This document shows positions 46,496 through 58,649 of a stretch of DNA of 64,000 nt, in pieces. How positions within the stretch are numbered: position 1 is the first letter of the stretch; each line of letters begins with the position of its first letter. The DNA is taken from positions 1 through 64,000 of the forward strand of contig JADEYG010000015.1 of NCBI GenBank assembly GCA_016906335.1. The letters are read 5' to 3'. The stretch comes from Novakomyces olei. Its lineage: Eukaryota. The notes below the pieces were generated by a model. It had not been told where the DNA came from, did not search any database, and worked only from the letters and a program-made list of their open reading frames with translations. Made by a program: the position numbers and the translations under genes.

Positions 46496-47578
46496 ATGAC
46501 TTTACCCAAAACTTTCAAGGCCGCTGTCCTCCCCGAAAACGGCGCGGACCTTGTTGTTACCGACAGATCTCTGGAGGAGTCGATACAGCCTGGCGAAGTC
46601 GGGATAAAGATCAATGCTACGGCTGTAAACCCTGTGGATTGGAAATTGAAGGATATGATGAGCTCGTTTTTGGGAAGCTATCCTGCAGTGTTGGGAACAG
46701 ATGCCGCTGGAGAGATTGTGGCAGTCGGCCCTGACGTAGCTAATGTCGCTGTTGGAGATCGTGTCTTTTTCCAAGGCATTTTGGGCAAGTATGATTACTC
46801 TACCTTTCAGCAGTATTGCAAAATGCCGTCCGTTTTAGTGGCCAAAACTCCTCAGAATATTAGTGACGAGGCGGCCGCTGGTATCAGCTTGGCTACTGTC
46901 GCTGCCCTTGTGGCCTTTTACGACGGCACTGGCCACGCATTACCTCCACCGTGGGCTAGTGGGGGCGCAAAAGTGGGAGAGGGCAAATCCATCGTTGTCA
47001 TTGGCGGGTCCTCTTCCGTCGGGCAGTACGGGATTCAGCTGGCCCGTCTTTCCGGGTTCACCCGAATCATTACAAACGCGAGTCTGCACAACAAAGAGCT
47101 CCTTACCGGGCTTGGAGCCGACGTTGTACTAGACCGGCACAAGGCTACTGCGCAAGATTTTACGGAGGCTATTGGAGATTTGCCGCTTGAACTAGTATTT
47201 GATTCAATTGCTTCCGATTCTACTCACATTCTAAGCGCCCGAATCGCCAAAGGGTCGCAGACAAAAAGTACGGGAGTCGTTGCCGTATACTCTGGTGATC
47301 CACCAGAGGTAAACGAAACGGCAAAGGAAATCCTAAGCACAGAGCCAAAGATTGAATTCAAAACGACGTTTGGCGTTGGCAGTCTCCCCGCCCTACGACA
47401 CGTGAGCGAGCCTTTGTTTGCTCATCTTGGCGGTGAACAGGGGTATCTGGCAAAGAAACTGTTTACGCCCAACCGAACACGGCTTATCAAAGGCGGGCTG
47501 AAAGCTGCTAATGAAGCTTTGGAATTGAACAAAAGGGGCGTGTCTGGCGAAAAGGTTATTTTTGAAACGTACGTTTAA
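46496..47578 (+). CDS. MDR-family (enoyl-reductase-like) NAD(P)-dependent oxidoreductase
   Basis: AVNPVDWK, LGTDAAGEI, GGSSSVGQYGIQLA and GVSGEK. Confidence 0.9.
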   Translation: MTLPKTFKAAVLPENGADLVVTDRSLEESIQPGEVGIKINATAVNPVDWKLKDMMSSFLGSYPAVLGTDAAGEIVAVGPDVANVAVGDRVFFQGILGKYDYSTFQQYCKMPSVLVAKTPQNISDEAAAGISLATVAALVAFYDGTGHALPPPWASGGAKVGEGKSIVVIGGSSSVGQYGIQLARLSGFTRIITNASLHNKELLTGLGADVVLDRHKATAQDFTEAIGDLPLELVFDSIASDSTHILSARIAKGSQTKSTGVVAVYSGDPPEVNETAKEILSTEPKIEFKTTFGVGSLPALRHVSEPLFAHLGGEQGYLAKKLFTPNRTRLIKGGLKAANEALELNKRGVSGEKVIFETYV

Positions 47579-48189
47579 TCGTGCCCTATCGCGATCGGTT
47601 CGATGGTGCAATGAGCGCTAAGTTACATAGGTCTTGTATTTTTCCCCTCGGGTTACAACTAAATTTTCATAGTTTCAGAAGCGATACGAGGTAATTAATT
47701 AAGGAGCTTGATGTCCAAACATATGTCTAGTAAATCCAGAATTTTCCAAATTGTGTGTTTATTATCCATAGTGTGATCGATGGCTAATGGTAGCTGCTAA
47801 TTCACTCTAAACAAGTCCAAGATCGTCAATTAGTCATGTCAGTACATTTTTTGGTTACGAACGTTCGTTCTACCGAATATTCGGTGCTTCTATTGGTACA
47901 ACGAACCCCCTTCTTACTGATCTGCAACAAGAATGCAATTTAGTTCGAATCGGGTAATAAATAGTGTTCTAGCGCAATAAAGAATATAGTGAACATAACG
48001 ATACACTAGCAGCTAAGTAAGGTTACACGCGGTTGCATTTGCACATTTAACGCCAATACTAACTGCATCAAGCATGACAGATGCCCCGTGGCATTCAGCC
48101 ACTGAATATGATATTACAAAAAGCTACCTATTAAATTCATAAAACCATCTCCCACAAACGATCAATCAATTTCATGCGGACCATCAATT

Positions 48190-49119
48190 TCATGCGTTCT
48201 GAGGGAGAGCAATCTCCACTGCGGCGGGACCAGCGACAACAGTATCGTCGCTAACTACCATGTCACTCGTAATCAACACATAAACTTGCCCATTCAAACC
48301 GGACCCGGGAACCGTGGCAGTCGCCATGTTTCCCGAAATTTGCACGGAGACGAACTGAGGATCACCTATACCACTAACAAAGGCAGCATAATGAGCAGAA
48401 GAAGCATCAATATCACTCTCGCTAGTCAACGTTATCTCCGCATTTGATTGGGCCTGATATCCTGGTGGTACGGACAGGGCGGGGAAGGCTTTGAGGGGAA
48501 GTGTAGGGCTTGATTCCGGGCAAGACATGATAAAAGGTGCAGCCAAGGAATAAACTTCGTCAAAGCCCAGTGGAGTATCGAAGGGCGAAGGATAGGGCGA
48601 AAGATGCAGAGCGCTACGCAAGTACGAAGAGTGCCGCGCTTCTGTTGCCAAAATTGAGCCAGCGGCATCAAGAATTTCCGGACTAGAAATACTGCTGGCT
48701 GAGCCCAAGTAGGCTGAAGTCCCGATATTTTCCAGCACTTTGGCCAGTGTGATAAATTGGCCTGGCGAATTGTGGGGAAAATTATACGTACATCGTTGTA
48801 CGGCCGGAACTCCAGCTGTTTGAAGTGCGCTTGCAATAAACTCAATATGCTGAGCTTCGTCGTACACTAATCTTTGCAGATTAGCATAGAACGGGTAAGG
48901 AAATCCGGCATCAATAAAATCTTGTTCAGTATAATTTTGTAGGCCGCCAGTATAAAAAGTCGACTCGATATATTCGAGGGTAAGAGCATAATTGAGAATG
49001 ACTCCATCATTAATCATGCTTTGACGTTTGCCAACAGCTGCTGCTTCAGCTGGAGCGAGTGTTTGACTTGCGCTGTAAAAAAAGCCGAAGCTGATCAGCG
49101 AAAAGAGTGACGAAAACAT
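48190..49119 (-). CDS. Secreted ferritin-like Rds1-type protein
   Basis: Signal peptide and KR site, ILNYALTLEYIE, DEAQH, ENIGTSAYLG and TEARH. Confidence 0.85.
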   Translation of the reverse strand: MFSSLFSLISFGFFYSASQTLAPAEAAAVGKRQSMINDGVILNYALTLEYIESTFYTGGLQNYTEQDFIDAGFPYPFYANLQRLVYDEAQHIEFIASALQTAGVPAVQRCTYNFPHNSPGQFITLAKVLENIGTSAYLGSASSISSPEILDAAGSILATEARHSSYLRSALHLSPYPSPFDTPLGFDEVYSLAAPFIMSCPESSPTLPLKAFPALSVPPGYQAQSNAEITLTSESDIDASSAHYAAFVSGIGDPQFVSVQISGNMATATVPGSGLNGQVYVLITSDMVVSDDTVVAGPAAVEIALPQNA

Positions 49120-50389
49120 GTTGCAAGCTTCAGATTTTACAAGCGATTTGAAGGACAAACGGCCTCTTTTATTTGTAACAATGAGGATTGCTTCTTGTTG
49201 CCTAGTTCTTTGGAGCTGTCTTTCTACTAAAGGTGGAAGCGCAATTTATAATGAATCGAGACGGCTTAAATATTGACCATAAAATTTGTAAAAGCCTTCA
49301 AAATGGTCTTATAGTCCACAACTCTGAGAATTAGGCCGAGTTAAACTAATTTCATCTCATCTATTTCATCGCGAAACGGTTAGCTACAAATGCGCGCTCG
49401 ACTAAGTTTAGTGGGGAACTTGACGGATTAGATTAAATAATCAACAATTGGCCGTAAAGGTAATTTATGATCTCATTAGTGCAAATTAAAGGGTTTTCAT
49501 TATCCGAATTAGTGCGTCTGATGTAACTTACCACAGAAAGCAAGGGACCAAAAGGCCGAAAACGAACATCCATAGGCGACAGTCTATTTGGCGCTGCTTA
49601 CATCATAGAAGAGACTAATCGAAAATTAACGGAAATTGGCCATTTACTGGTAAATAATAATGGCACTTCATTTGTGATTGATTGCCTTTAGTCGAACGCC
49701 CCACAAAATTCTTTAAGATGACGTGTCCAATTCAAGTAATCAAGCAGAAATTATGGATGATCACATCCTGAGGCTTGCGCCTATTATAGTTTGCGATGAG
49801 AAATACAGAAAAATTTACGTCTTTGGTTAATCAAAGTTTGGCGCAAACTAATTGCCGATCTCGATACCAGAAACATGCCGTCACTTGGAACTGTATACGA
49901 AATCAATCTCGCAATTAAATTTACTTGCGTTTATCATGTGTCATTTATCATCTACTGTTTATTCCTTATTATTTATTTTCGAAGGGAGGAATGATGTATA
50001 AATTTTATTCACACAGTCGCTGGTACTAAATTCTTGAAAGAACGCGCTAGAGAACGAGAAATAAAAGCGAAAAAAGAATCCAAAGTATTTGCAAATACTT
50101 CCTGTTGTCAACGAACTGAAATTGATAGACAAATTTATTTATCATAGTGGTATACCAGATTTGGTCTCGTCTTAAGGTAGCCGAGACCTATGGATTACTT
50201 TTGCTGTTCTTTGTTGTTGAAAAACAAGATAAGTAAATGAGAATATGCATATTAATCAAATAATTAATGCATAATTGATAATATAACAAAATTAAATGAT
50301 AATTGTAAAGTCATTACAATTTGAACATTTTTGAACGTTCGGTTTTTCCAAAATGGACCAATTCTTCCTAGTCGACTATCCCCATAATA

Positions 50390-52093
50390 TCAAACATTGG
50401 AAGAGTCAATTTTTTCGATATGAACAAAATTCTGCTTCATTTCCGATTTTTCTGCAATGTTAGAATTGGCCTGTTTCTCGGCTTGCGCAGCCGTCAAATG
50501 GTCTCCTTCAAAAATATCCACCTTTGTCTGTGCAAATTTACGAGCGGATACTTTACGCTCGAAAAGCACATCAAGCTCAGCGTATGTGCGGTCTTTCGGT
50601 TCTGGTAGACGGAAAAAGATCCAAATGACACAAACCAAACAGGCACCGGACCAAAAAAATCCAGCTTTGGGGCCCCAATTCCACGAAGTTGGGTTCAGCA
50701 TGCGCGGGGTAATAATACCACAAGCTAATCCCACAATATTGTACCAAACACGGGCGATGGAAATAGTTTTTGTCCGCAAACGCGTCGAGGGCAGTTCAGC
50801 AACAAGAGTATAGCAGACAGGACCCACTGTCATATCGTAAGAAAAAGTGTAGATCAAAACAAGAGATCCAATTGCCCATTGTTGCCGACTGCTTTTCGGA
50901 GCCAAAGCCGCACAGCCAATAATGAATAAGAATATCATTAGAGCAATATTTCCAAAGAGATAAATCTTGCGACGACCAATCTTGGGCATCATTACCCAGG
51001 AAATCACTGTGCCAGCTGCTCCCATAACATATTGTCCTATTGAAAGATTAAAGGCCTGTGAGACGGGGAGCCCGGCTTGCAGGTAAAAGTAAGTCGAATA
51101 CGTCATAATCGTTGCCCCACACAAGTTTTGAATAATCCACGTAGCACAGACACATTCCGTGCGACGCAAGTCAATCCCTTTAAAACAGTGCCAGTATGAA
51201 GTTCCGTCTTGCACTTGCCGCTCCAGCTCGTTTGTATGAATAATCAAGGCAACACTGGCATCAATGTCGCGATCACTAACGTCGCGGGTGCTGTTTTTTA
51301 GGCGGCGTAATTCACGCTTAGCCTCGTTGATCTTGCCGTGCCGTACTAACCACCAGGGCGATTCTGGAGCAAAATAGCCGCCGATAATGATAGGCAGGGG
51401 CCATAGCCACTGAATTGCAAAAGGAATACGATAAGCCCATTGATCGTCACGCGCCAAACAGGCACGTAAAACTCCAGACCCGATAATCTGACCGAAAAGC
51501 CAGCAAACGTTGACATAGGCAGTCAAAATAGGACGTAGTGCAACAGGGCAGACATCGGCAGCATAAGTCGTAGTAACGACCTGGAAAAGGCCCCACGGGA
51601 TCCCACATAACAGTTCTCCCGCAGTCAACATCGCCTTATTGACAGCAAAAAAGACGACAAAAATAGCAGCACAAGCGGCAATGAGCCCACCAATCATTGT
51701 GCGACGATACCCGAACCGATCACAGATGTAACCGTTTATGAGCAGACCAATGACCTCTCCGGCAAGAGCGGCATTGCTCATGCCAGACTGCCAGGCAGAA
51801 GAAATGACGCTGGTACCATCGGGCTGAAGGGTCCCGTACTTGTTTTCGAATTGTGGCTGGGCAAACAAATTGGCAATGAGCAGTGTATCGTAGCCCTCCA
51901 TAACAACAGCAGTAGATAGCAGTATACTCCAGCCAACGGCAGCTGGATAAGCACGCACTGATTGCCAAAATGAATACTTGTGCTCTGCTTCAGTAGCCCG
52001 CCGGGCGTCCTCAACAAGAACGGCAAAGTCGTCAATGGTCTCTGCCATTCCCTGCAATTTCGTGTCATCTACACGAACCTCAGAGCTCGCCAT
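50390..52093 (-). CDS. Maltose/alpha-glucoside permease (MAL cluster)
   Basis: VMEGYDT, LCGIPWG, YAADVCP, APESPWWLVR, GIDLRRTE and LPEPKDRTYAELD. Confidence 0.93.
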   Translation of the reverse strand: MASSEVRVDDTKLQGMAETIDDFAVLVEDARRATEAEHKYSFWQSVRAYPAAVGWSILLSTAVVMEGYDTLLIANLFAQPQFENKYGTLQPDGTSVISSAWQSGMSNAALAGEVIGLLINGYICDRFGYRRTMIGGLIAACAAIFVVFFAVNKAMLTAGELLCGIPWGLFQVVTTTYAADVCPVALRPILTAYVNVCWLFGQIIGSGVLRACLARDDQWAYRIPFAIQWLWPLPIIIGGYFAPESPWWLVRHGKINEAKRELRRLKNSTRDVSDRDIDASVALIIHTNELERQVQDGTSYWHCFKGIDLRRTECVCATWIIQNLCGATIMTYSTYFYLQAGLPVSQAFNLSIGQYVMGAAGTVISWVMMPKIGRRKIYLFGNIALMIFLFIIGCAALAPKSSRQQWAIGSLVLIYTFSYDMTVGPVCYTLVAELPSTRLRTKTISIARVWYNIVGLACGIITPRMLNPTSWNWGPKAGFFWSGACLVCVIWIFFRLPEPKDRTYAELDVLFERKVSARKFAQTKVDIFEGDHLTAAQAEKQANSNIAEKSEMKQNFVHIEKIDSSNV

Positions 52094-52224
52094 TGTCGTG
52101 GGCTGATAGTATGATTTTGTTGACGAGGCACAAAGGGATAACGTTGTGATGCAATTAGAAAATCTCGTATTTCGCTTTGTCAAGAGGATGCTTGCAACGT
52201 GATGCGAAACCAGTTCCTTTTAAA

Positions 52225-52750
52225 TCTTTTCTGGGGACGGCGTCAGAAAAGTATACACGCGTTCTGGCTCTTCCTGTTTGGGCCAAAGCATCGAGAACCC
52301 CTGAATGTCTTCAACCCCATGTTTTTTGCAGGCTGATCTCCCGTCAAGCCAATCTAGTCAACTGCCGATCATAATATTGATTGTTTGGTTTCCCCACATT
52401 TCGCATCGTTTCCCGACCGACTTGTAGGCTAATATTGGAAAAAAAAAGAATCTGGAACATAAAATCGTATGTTGTATACTGTATTATCATTGGTCCAATC
52501 TCGGTCTCTAATAATTGTTGGTGGGCGCCGACAATGGTCCAATAATATTCAAGGAACAAGGAACTGGTAATAATAAAGCAAACGGGCTCTTGGTACAGCG
52601 AACATAATTTTACTGGCAAGGTTATACCCCACAAAAAGCAAGTCAGCTGTCCAATCACTATGCTTACCGATATTGAGCCAATAGGACGTTGCAGCCTGCA
52701 CCACCTTACTGAATTAAGGTTTTGCCAGTCGTGGTAAATTGGTGGAGGGC
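52225..52750. promoter_or_regulatory. MAL divergent promoter with Mig1/CreA-type SYGGRG sites
   Basis: ttttctgggg (about 52231), ccccacattt (about 52392), ccccacaaaaa (about 52627) and gtggag (about 52742), most with AT-rich flanks. Confidence 0.45.
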
Positions 52751-53147
52751 TCTTATTCGGAGCATTCTCTATCTAAATTTACATATATAAACCGACAGTT
52801 ATAAATTAAAATGATTTTTGAAGTACATCTCGAATCAAAGGTTGTAAGCGGAAATTGAAAGTTCCATTTAGCCACCGACGCTCTGATCTACCTGAGCGAC
52901 TATAAATATAGGCCGTCCGTCCCTCCTCCCCGAACTAGTCCATCATCTACCTTGATCAGACTCGGTATCTTAACACCGAGACTTTTGCTTGATTTTACCT
53001 TTGCAAAGGCACTCATTACCCAAGAATTGCCGACTCTGACGTTTGCGGCTCACGTACTCTTCAGAGCACACACTGATTAGCCTTTAAGTGTTTGGAATTG
53101 ACTATATTACTGCGTACGTCTTTGCCTATTAGTTTTTTCCCCTCACA

Positions 53148-54887
53148 ATGACGGTACATTGGTGGAAAGAAGGTGTCATTTACCAAATTTACCCTGCATC
53201 TTTCCAGGACTCAAACGGCGATGGCATCGGAGATATTCCGGGCATTATTTCGCGCCTGGATTACATCGCGTCGTTAGGCGTGGACATTGTGTGGATCAGC
53301 CCACACTACAAGTCGCCCCAGATTGATATGGGTTACGATGTGGCTGATTATACGGATATCCACGAGCCGTACGGTACGCGGGAGGATTGCGAGAAGCTTA
53401 TTGCCGAAACGCATGCGCGTGGGATGCGGATTATTTTTGACCTCGTTGTTAATCACACGTCGGATCAGCACCACTGGTTCCGTGAATCGCGTTCGTCACG
53501 CGACTCGCCGAAGCGTGATTGGTACATTTGGCGCCCGGCACGGTATGACGAGCAAGGTCAACGGCACGAGCCCAATAACTGGGCCAGTTTCTTTGGTGGC
53601 AGTGCCTGGAAGTGGGATGAGGAGACACAGGAATACTATCTCCATCTTTTTGCTGTTGAACAACCCGATTTGAATTGGCGAAATCCTGAAGTACGCGAGG
53701 CAGTCAAGCGGGATGCCATGCGATTCTGGCTGGATCGTGGTGTTGACGGCTTCCGTATCGATACTGTCAACATGTACAGCAAACCTGAGCAGTTCGTTGA
53801 TGTCCCCTGTGCTTCCCCAGACTCAGAGTTCCAAAATGCATCCCACATATTTTGCAACGGGCCGGAAATGCACAATTACTTGCGAGAAATGAACGATGTC
53901 TTGAGCGAGTATGACGCAATGACGGTGGGAGAGCTGCCGAGCACACCTGATCCCGCACACGTTCTAAGGTACGTGGGCGCCTCAGCTCGGCAGCTGAATA
54001 TGGTCTTCCAGTTTGATCTTTGTACAATCGGGTTTGAGAAAAAGTCTAACGAAGGTCGTTTGTTCCAGGCGCCCTATACCTTGACGGATCTCAAGGAAAT
54101 TGTCGAGCGGTGGCAGACTTTCATTGAGGGCAACGATGGCTGGACTACGAATTTTCTGGAGAACCATGATCGACCAAGGGCTGTTTCCTACTTTGCCGAT
54201 GATAGTCCCGAGTTCCGTGTGGCGTCGGCTAAAATGCTGGCAACATTACTGCTCACACTGACGGGCACGTGCTTTGTTTACCAAGGCCAGGAGATCGGAA
54301 TGACTAATGTTCCGCGTGATTGGCCGATCGAAGAATACAAGGACGTTGATTCTATCAATTTCTATGCTGAGCATTACGCAAAAAGCGGGGGAGATGCCAA
54401 AACAATGACCCGAGTAATGACTGACTTACGTATGCTCGCACGTGACAATGCTCGTACTCCTGTTCAGTGGGATGGAAGCGAATATGCTGGATTTTCAAAG
54501 ACTGATACAAAAGACAAGAAGGTCATTTCGAAACCCTGGATGCGTGTAAACGACAACTACCCAGAGATTAATGTTGCTCGGCAGGTGGGCGATAAGACCA
54601 GTATACTCTCGTACTACCGTAGCCTGTTGGAGTTTAGGAAGCAACACAAGGATTCACTTGTTTATGGTGGGTTTACAGTTCTGGATCGTGAAAATCAAAA
54701 TGTTTTTGCTTTCAAGAAGCGAGGACAAAGCGAAACTGCTGTCGTTGTGCTCAATTTTACAAATCGAAAACAGGATTTGCCTGCGGGAGTTTCATCAGGC
54801 TCTTCGAAATTGGCAAAGTCGTCGTTGGTAACGCCTTCAACTTCTGCCTCTCTTGAGCCTTTTGAGGCTCGCATTTACCTCGGTTAA
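53148..54887 (+). CDS. GH13 alpha-glucosidase (maltase/isomaltase)
   Basis: YQIYPASFQDSNGDGIGD, DLVVNHTS, GFRIDTV, TVGE and LENHD. Confidence 0.96.
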   Translation: MTVHWWKEGVIYQIYPASFQDSNGDGIGDIPGIISRLDYIASLGVDIVWISPHYKSPQIDMGYDVADYTDIHEPYGTREDCEKLIAETHARGMRIIFDLVVNHTSDQHHWFRESRSSRDSPKRDWYIWRPARYDEQGQRHEPNNWASFFGGSAWKWDEETQEYYLHLFAVEQPDLNWRNPEVREAVKRDAMRFWLDRGVDGFRIDTVNMYSKPEQFVDVPCASPDSEFQNASHIFCNGPEMHNYLREMNDVLSEYDAMTVGELPSTPDPAHVLRYVGASARQLNMVFQFDLCTIGFEKKSNEGRLFQAPYTLTDLKEIVERWQTFIEGNDGWTTNFLENHDRPRAVSYFADDSPEFRVASAKMLATLLLTLTGTCFVYQGQEIGMTNVPRDWPIEEYKDVDSINFYAEHYAKSGGDAKTMTRVMTDLRMLARDNARTPVQWDGSEYAGFSKTDTKDKKVISKPWMRVNDNYPEINVARQVGDKTSILSYYRSLLEFRKQHKDSLVYGGFTVLDRENQNVFAFKKRGQSETAVVVLNFTNRKQDLPAGVSSGSSKLAKSSLVTPSTSASLEPFEARIYLG

Positions 54888-55459
54888 TTGGGTGAATTTT
54901 ATCGATTCGAGCAAAAAACAGTGAAACAGCAGACCAGCATAGGCGTAATTGTGTAAATGTCACCTGCTCTGAATTAAAACTTTCATGAATTTCAATAATA
55001 AAGCTATTGTATACACTTATATATTGTTTCGTCATATTCAATTTGTTTGCTTCGGATTGGGTTAGTGATTTTGTGGATTTATTCTTTTATTAGTGAGTAT
55101 ATTGTCATCGTATTGGCAGTGCAGCAAAGTGAAATGGTCTTGTATACAAGTTTAAGAGAGTTGTGAATTAACCTGGCACGTGGAAAATAAAAGAATAGAA
55201 TGAGTTGGTTCATCATATAAAAATGTTCAGGGACAGCCTCGATAAAAGCGTAGAAAATAGAATCTAATAAGAATGACTATTACAGGGCAATATCAAAGCG
55301 GTTTATTCTTTTTGATGGGGAATACAAGAGAATCAGGATTTCAAGCTGTATTTTGTTTCATTTCGAACTAATTAATTATTGACTTATTTATTTATTTATT
55401 TATTTGACTCGCAACGTTTTATCTGCATTTCCACATGATAACGTAGCCAAAACTTACAC

Positions 55460-57007
55460 TTAAAAACTCCGGGGTAAGCGCGACAATGTCGCCTGAAACA
55501 TTTCTCTAACGCTCAATTCAAAGGCATCGTTTGCTTGGATATAGGCTCCAACATTGATCAGTTCACGTACGTGAGCCACGTACTCGGGTTGTAAAAGTGG
55601 CAGGCCACAATCAACAACATCGAAAATAGCATCGAGAATATCAAGTAACTTTCTCAGCAAACCGAAGCCCTGGCTGAGTAAGGAAGCCGGTTGAGCACTG
55701 CGCAACAAGAAGCTTAGCCTCGATGAAAGTGTGAGCGGAAAAACAAGCGACATTATGCTCTGCCCTTGAGCTCTCAGTGGAAACCGGGCAATAATAATTC
55801 TCCATAAAATAGTCTGCAGCCATTGATGGGTCACAATAATATCCACCTGGTGTAACTCTAAAAGATCCTGCAAAATTTCTGGGTTAATTTGAAAACTGTC
55901 CTGCATACGATTGAGCCAAGCTTTAGTAACTTTGTGTTTACTACTAGTACAAGCACGCAACAGCTCGCCGTCCACTAAGGAAAATGTGCGTACCATATGT
56001 GTAAACCACCGTTGGGTTTCCATTGAAATATCCTGCAACCCATCAATTTCTTTTACAAAAAACTCCGAACCGCGGTCACTAGTCATTAGCCCTTCATCTC
56101 CGTTCGCCTGGGAAAACCTGGTAACTTGCCCAGTCTCTTGATCGCCTTGTTCCATTGTACCCGAGTCAATATCCGCTTGTTCCATACTTTGCAGTTCAAC
56201 ATCACCCTCTTCCGTTTCCATATCGTTAACTGCCTTTAGTCGTAACTCTCGTCCAGCGTGCCTTAGCGCCTCGTACCTCTCGTGCATAAATAAAATCCAA
56301 AAAGAAGCACAAATAACTCGTTCCTGTTTATTCCTGGACCTCAAGAACTTGACTATAGTCAGTGCTTCTTGCAGGTAAACGTAGCACAAATCGTCCATTC
56401 CCAGCGCAGCGTAAGACTGTTGCACAAATACTGCCACCATCATTGCCCGGAAATCTATCGGCTTTAGAACTCCCGGGGGTCCACGAGCAATAAGCGCAAA
56501 CTTTACCAACTCTTCCGTGTCCCTCCGGTCATTCTCTTCCTTTTGTAGAGTCGGACGCAGAGACGCAATCGTCGCTGCCGCTGCTGCTGCTAATAGAGCA
56601 ACTGACATTGGATCCGAGCCCATACTCGCCTGCTCTTTTCTCAAGGTTTCAACATGAAGGATGGGCATCATTGGATAAACAAACGTTTCGTACTCCTGCC
56701 AACGGCGTTCAAAATAGTCAGTATCAAACCTGCCGAGCACTTTGGCGTTACTCGCCTGCACTGTCAAACTTGGCGACCCGATCTGTTCAGATTCAGACGG
56801 TTTCTCAATCAAAGAATTTGGTAGAATTGGCGCATTGCCAATAGGCGCTCGCTGGAAGGGCCGGATACGAGAATTTCTGCGTCGCCCACCCGTCTGTGAC
56901 GTATAAGTGCAGCGTAAAAACAGATGAGCGCATGTTTGGCATTGCCGTTCTCCATTGCATTTGACTTTACGGTGCCTGCAAGCATCGCAAGCGCCTTTTG
57001 CAGTCAT
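55460..57007 (-). CDS. Zn2Cys6 transcription factor (MAL-activator position)
   Basis: CDACRHRKVKCNGERQCQTCAHLFLRC; DIIVTHQWLQTILWR; adjacent to the maltase and permease genes. Confidence 0.9.
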   Translation of the reverse strand: MTAKGACDACRHRKVKCNGERQCQTCAHLFLRCTYTSQTGGRRRNSRIRPFQRAPIGNAPILPNSLIEKPSESEQIGSPSLTVQASNAKVLGRFDTDYFERRWQEYETFVYPMMPILHVETLRKEQASMGSDPMSVALLAAAAAATIASLRPTLQKEENDRRDTEELVKFALIARGPPGVLKPIDFRAMMVAVFVQQSYAALGMDDLCYVYLQEALTIVKFLRSRNKQERVICASFWILFMHERYEALRHAGRELRLKAVNDMETEEGDVELQSMEQADIDSGTMEQGDQETGQVTRFSQANGDEGLMTSDRGSEFFVKEIDGLQDISMETQRWFTHMVRTFSLVDGELLRACTSSKHKVTKAWLNRMQDSFQINPEILQDLLELHQVDIIVTHQWLQTILWRIIIARFPLRAQGQSIMSLVFPLTLSSRLSFLLRSAQPASLLSQGFGLLRKLLDILDAIFDVVDCGLPLLQPEYVAHVRELINVGAYIQANDAFELSVREMFQATLSRLPRSF

Positions 57008-58649
57008 ATATAAATCTAGTACATTTTTGTGGGGACTGTATGTGGGCTGAGGGCAGTAAACTGGTCCAAAACCAAGCTGTGGATAACTCGAACCCGGATT
57101 AGATTGCAATTACTTATTTTAAAGGTGAAGTAACAAGATGAATGTGGGGATGGATAAATTTGGGTCGAATTTACATATGTTTGGCTTGTCATTACATAAT
57201 GTACTGTACCACATGAAACTTCTAGGCCGGGTTTTGCGATTAGAAGAAATTATAATAAAAATTGACTAAATTTAAAGAACTTTTGGTTAAAGCACTTCTC
57301 AGACGAATGATTGATTGCATCTTGATTTTTGGAATTTAAGAAAACGTAAAAGGAGAACCTTGATAATTGTTTTAGTATCTGCTAAACACCAATATGACCT
57401 AATTCCGCCCTAATCAATCAATTATTTCATATACTGAACATCAACTCATGTCAACAACAAAGAGCAAATAGCGTCGCTTGTGCTCTTAGTCAACTCATCT
57501 ACATGTCTCTTGACTTGCAATGCTTATCGTATGTGTGATTGTTCTTCCTTCTTGTCATCGAGTAGGAAACAGAGAGTGTCATGATATCGGAATGGCTAGA
57601 GATGACGGATCTCGGTCCTCTCACTCGATTACTTAACATCGCTAATAGACGAAAACTATTTGTGATGTAGGTTTTAATTGAAGCATCAGAATTAATTAAA
57701 AATCAGCCAATAAAACGATTCATTTACGTATGATATTTAGAATCGGATTAGAGAGAAATAGCATTTGTAACCTGTAAGCGAGATTAGTTTTATCCCATTA
57801 TCAAATTTACCAATATATTTGTTGCAATTGTTTTACACGAAGACAATTTTTTAGCTGCTAATTGCCTCCCTCGGCCGCTGAATTTTTGATTTATTCTTAA
57901 TTTCTTTACTGTCGGATCTCGCTTACTCTGTGCACACCCGAGTTCCTTTGCGTGGGACGTTCTTCTTCTGAACACTACAAACTCAAATTGTTTTCTGTGG
58001 TGTATCTTAAATAATTTGTGCACGCGAATACATTAACATATAAACTGGATATAAATCACAAACGAACCCCACTAACTACCGGTCAGCATGAGCATATCTG
58101 AATCGCATTTTGCAGCCCGGCCATGTACAATGCGCTTACTGGAATATTCAATTGTATTCATATCATCTATAAATACAGATGTAATTAAGAGGAATAATAT
58201 TTACAAAGTATTCACCAGAAAACCTGCAATGTTTTAATTATTTTTCACATGTTATAGTGCTCGTTCGTGTGTGCTCCCTTACGCTTATTGGCCCTTTGAA
58301 ACAACATATTGGAAACAAGGTCTAGCACTTTTCATTTTGATGAACGATTACTCTTGAATTCGTTTCATTTCCACGCTGTCGTTAATAAACATGGCAAAAT
58401 ATCAATAGAGGGCTTTTATTTAGCACTACTTTTCATACATCGATATGTATATAATATGTTTACCAAAAAGTATTCCTTGTCGTTTATTTGCTCCTTATAT
58501 CGTTAAACCGATACTCATGATTACTTGTCGAATCTGATGATACGTGGGCAAGTGCGGATTCACTGATAACGGCGGCAGAGCGCAAGAAGCCAAAACATCC
58601 AAATTTTCAGCTTCAGGTCGACAGGGATAACTCTGATTTTATTCCTACA

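Noticed and set aside
31098-54831. Many antisense or overlapping ORFs within the large genes
   Set aside because: Shadow ORFs of well-supported genes with no independent motifs.
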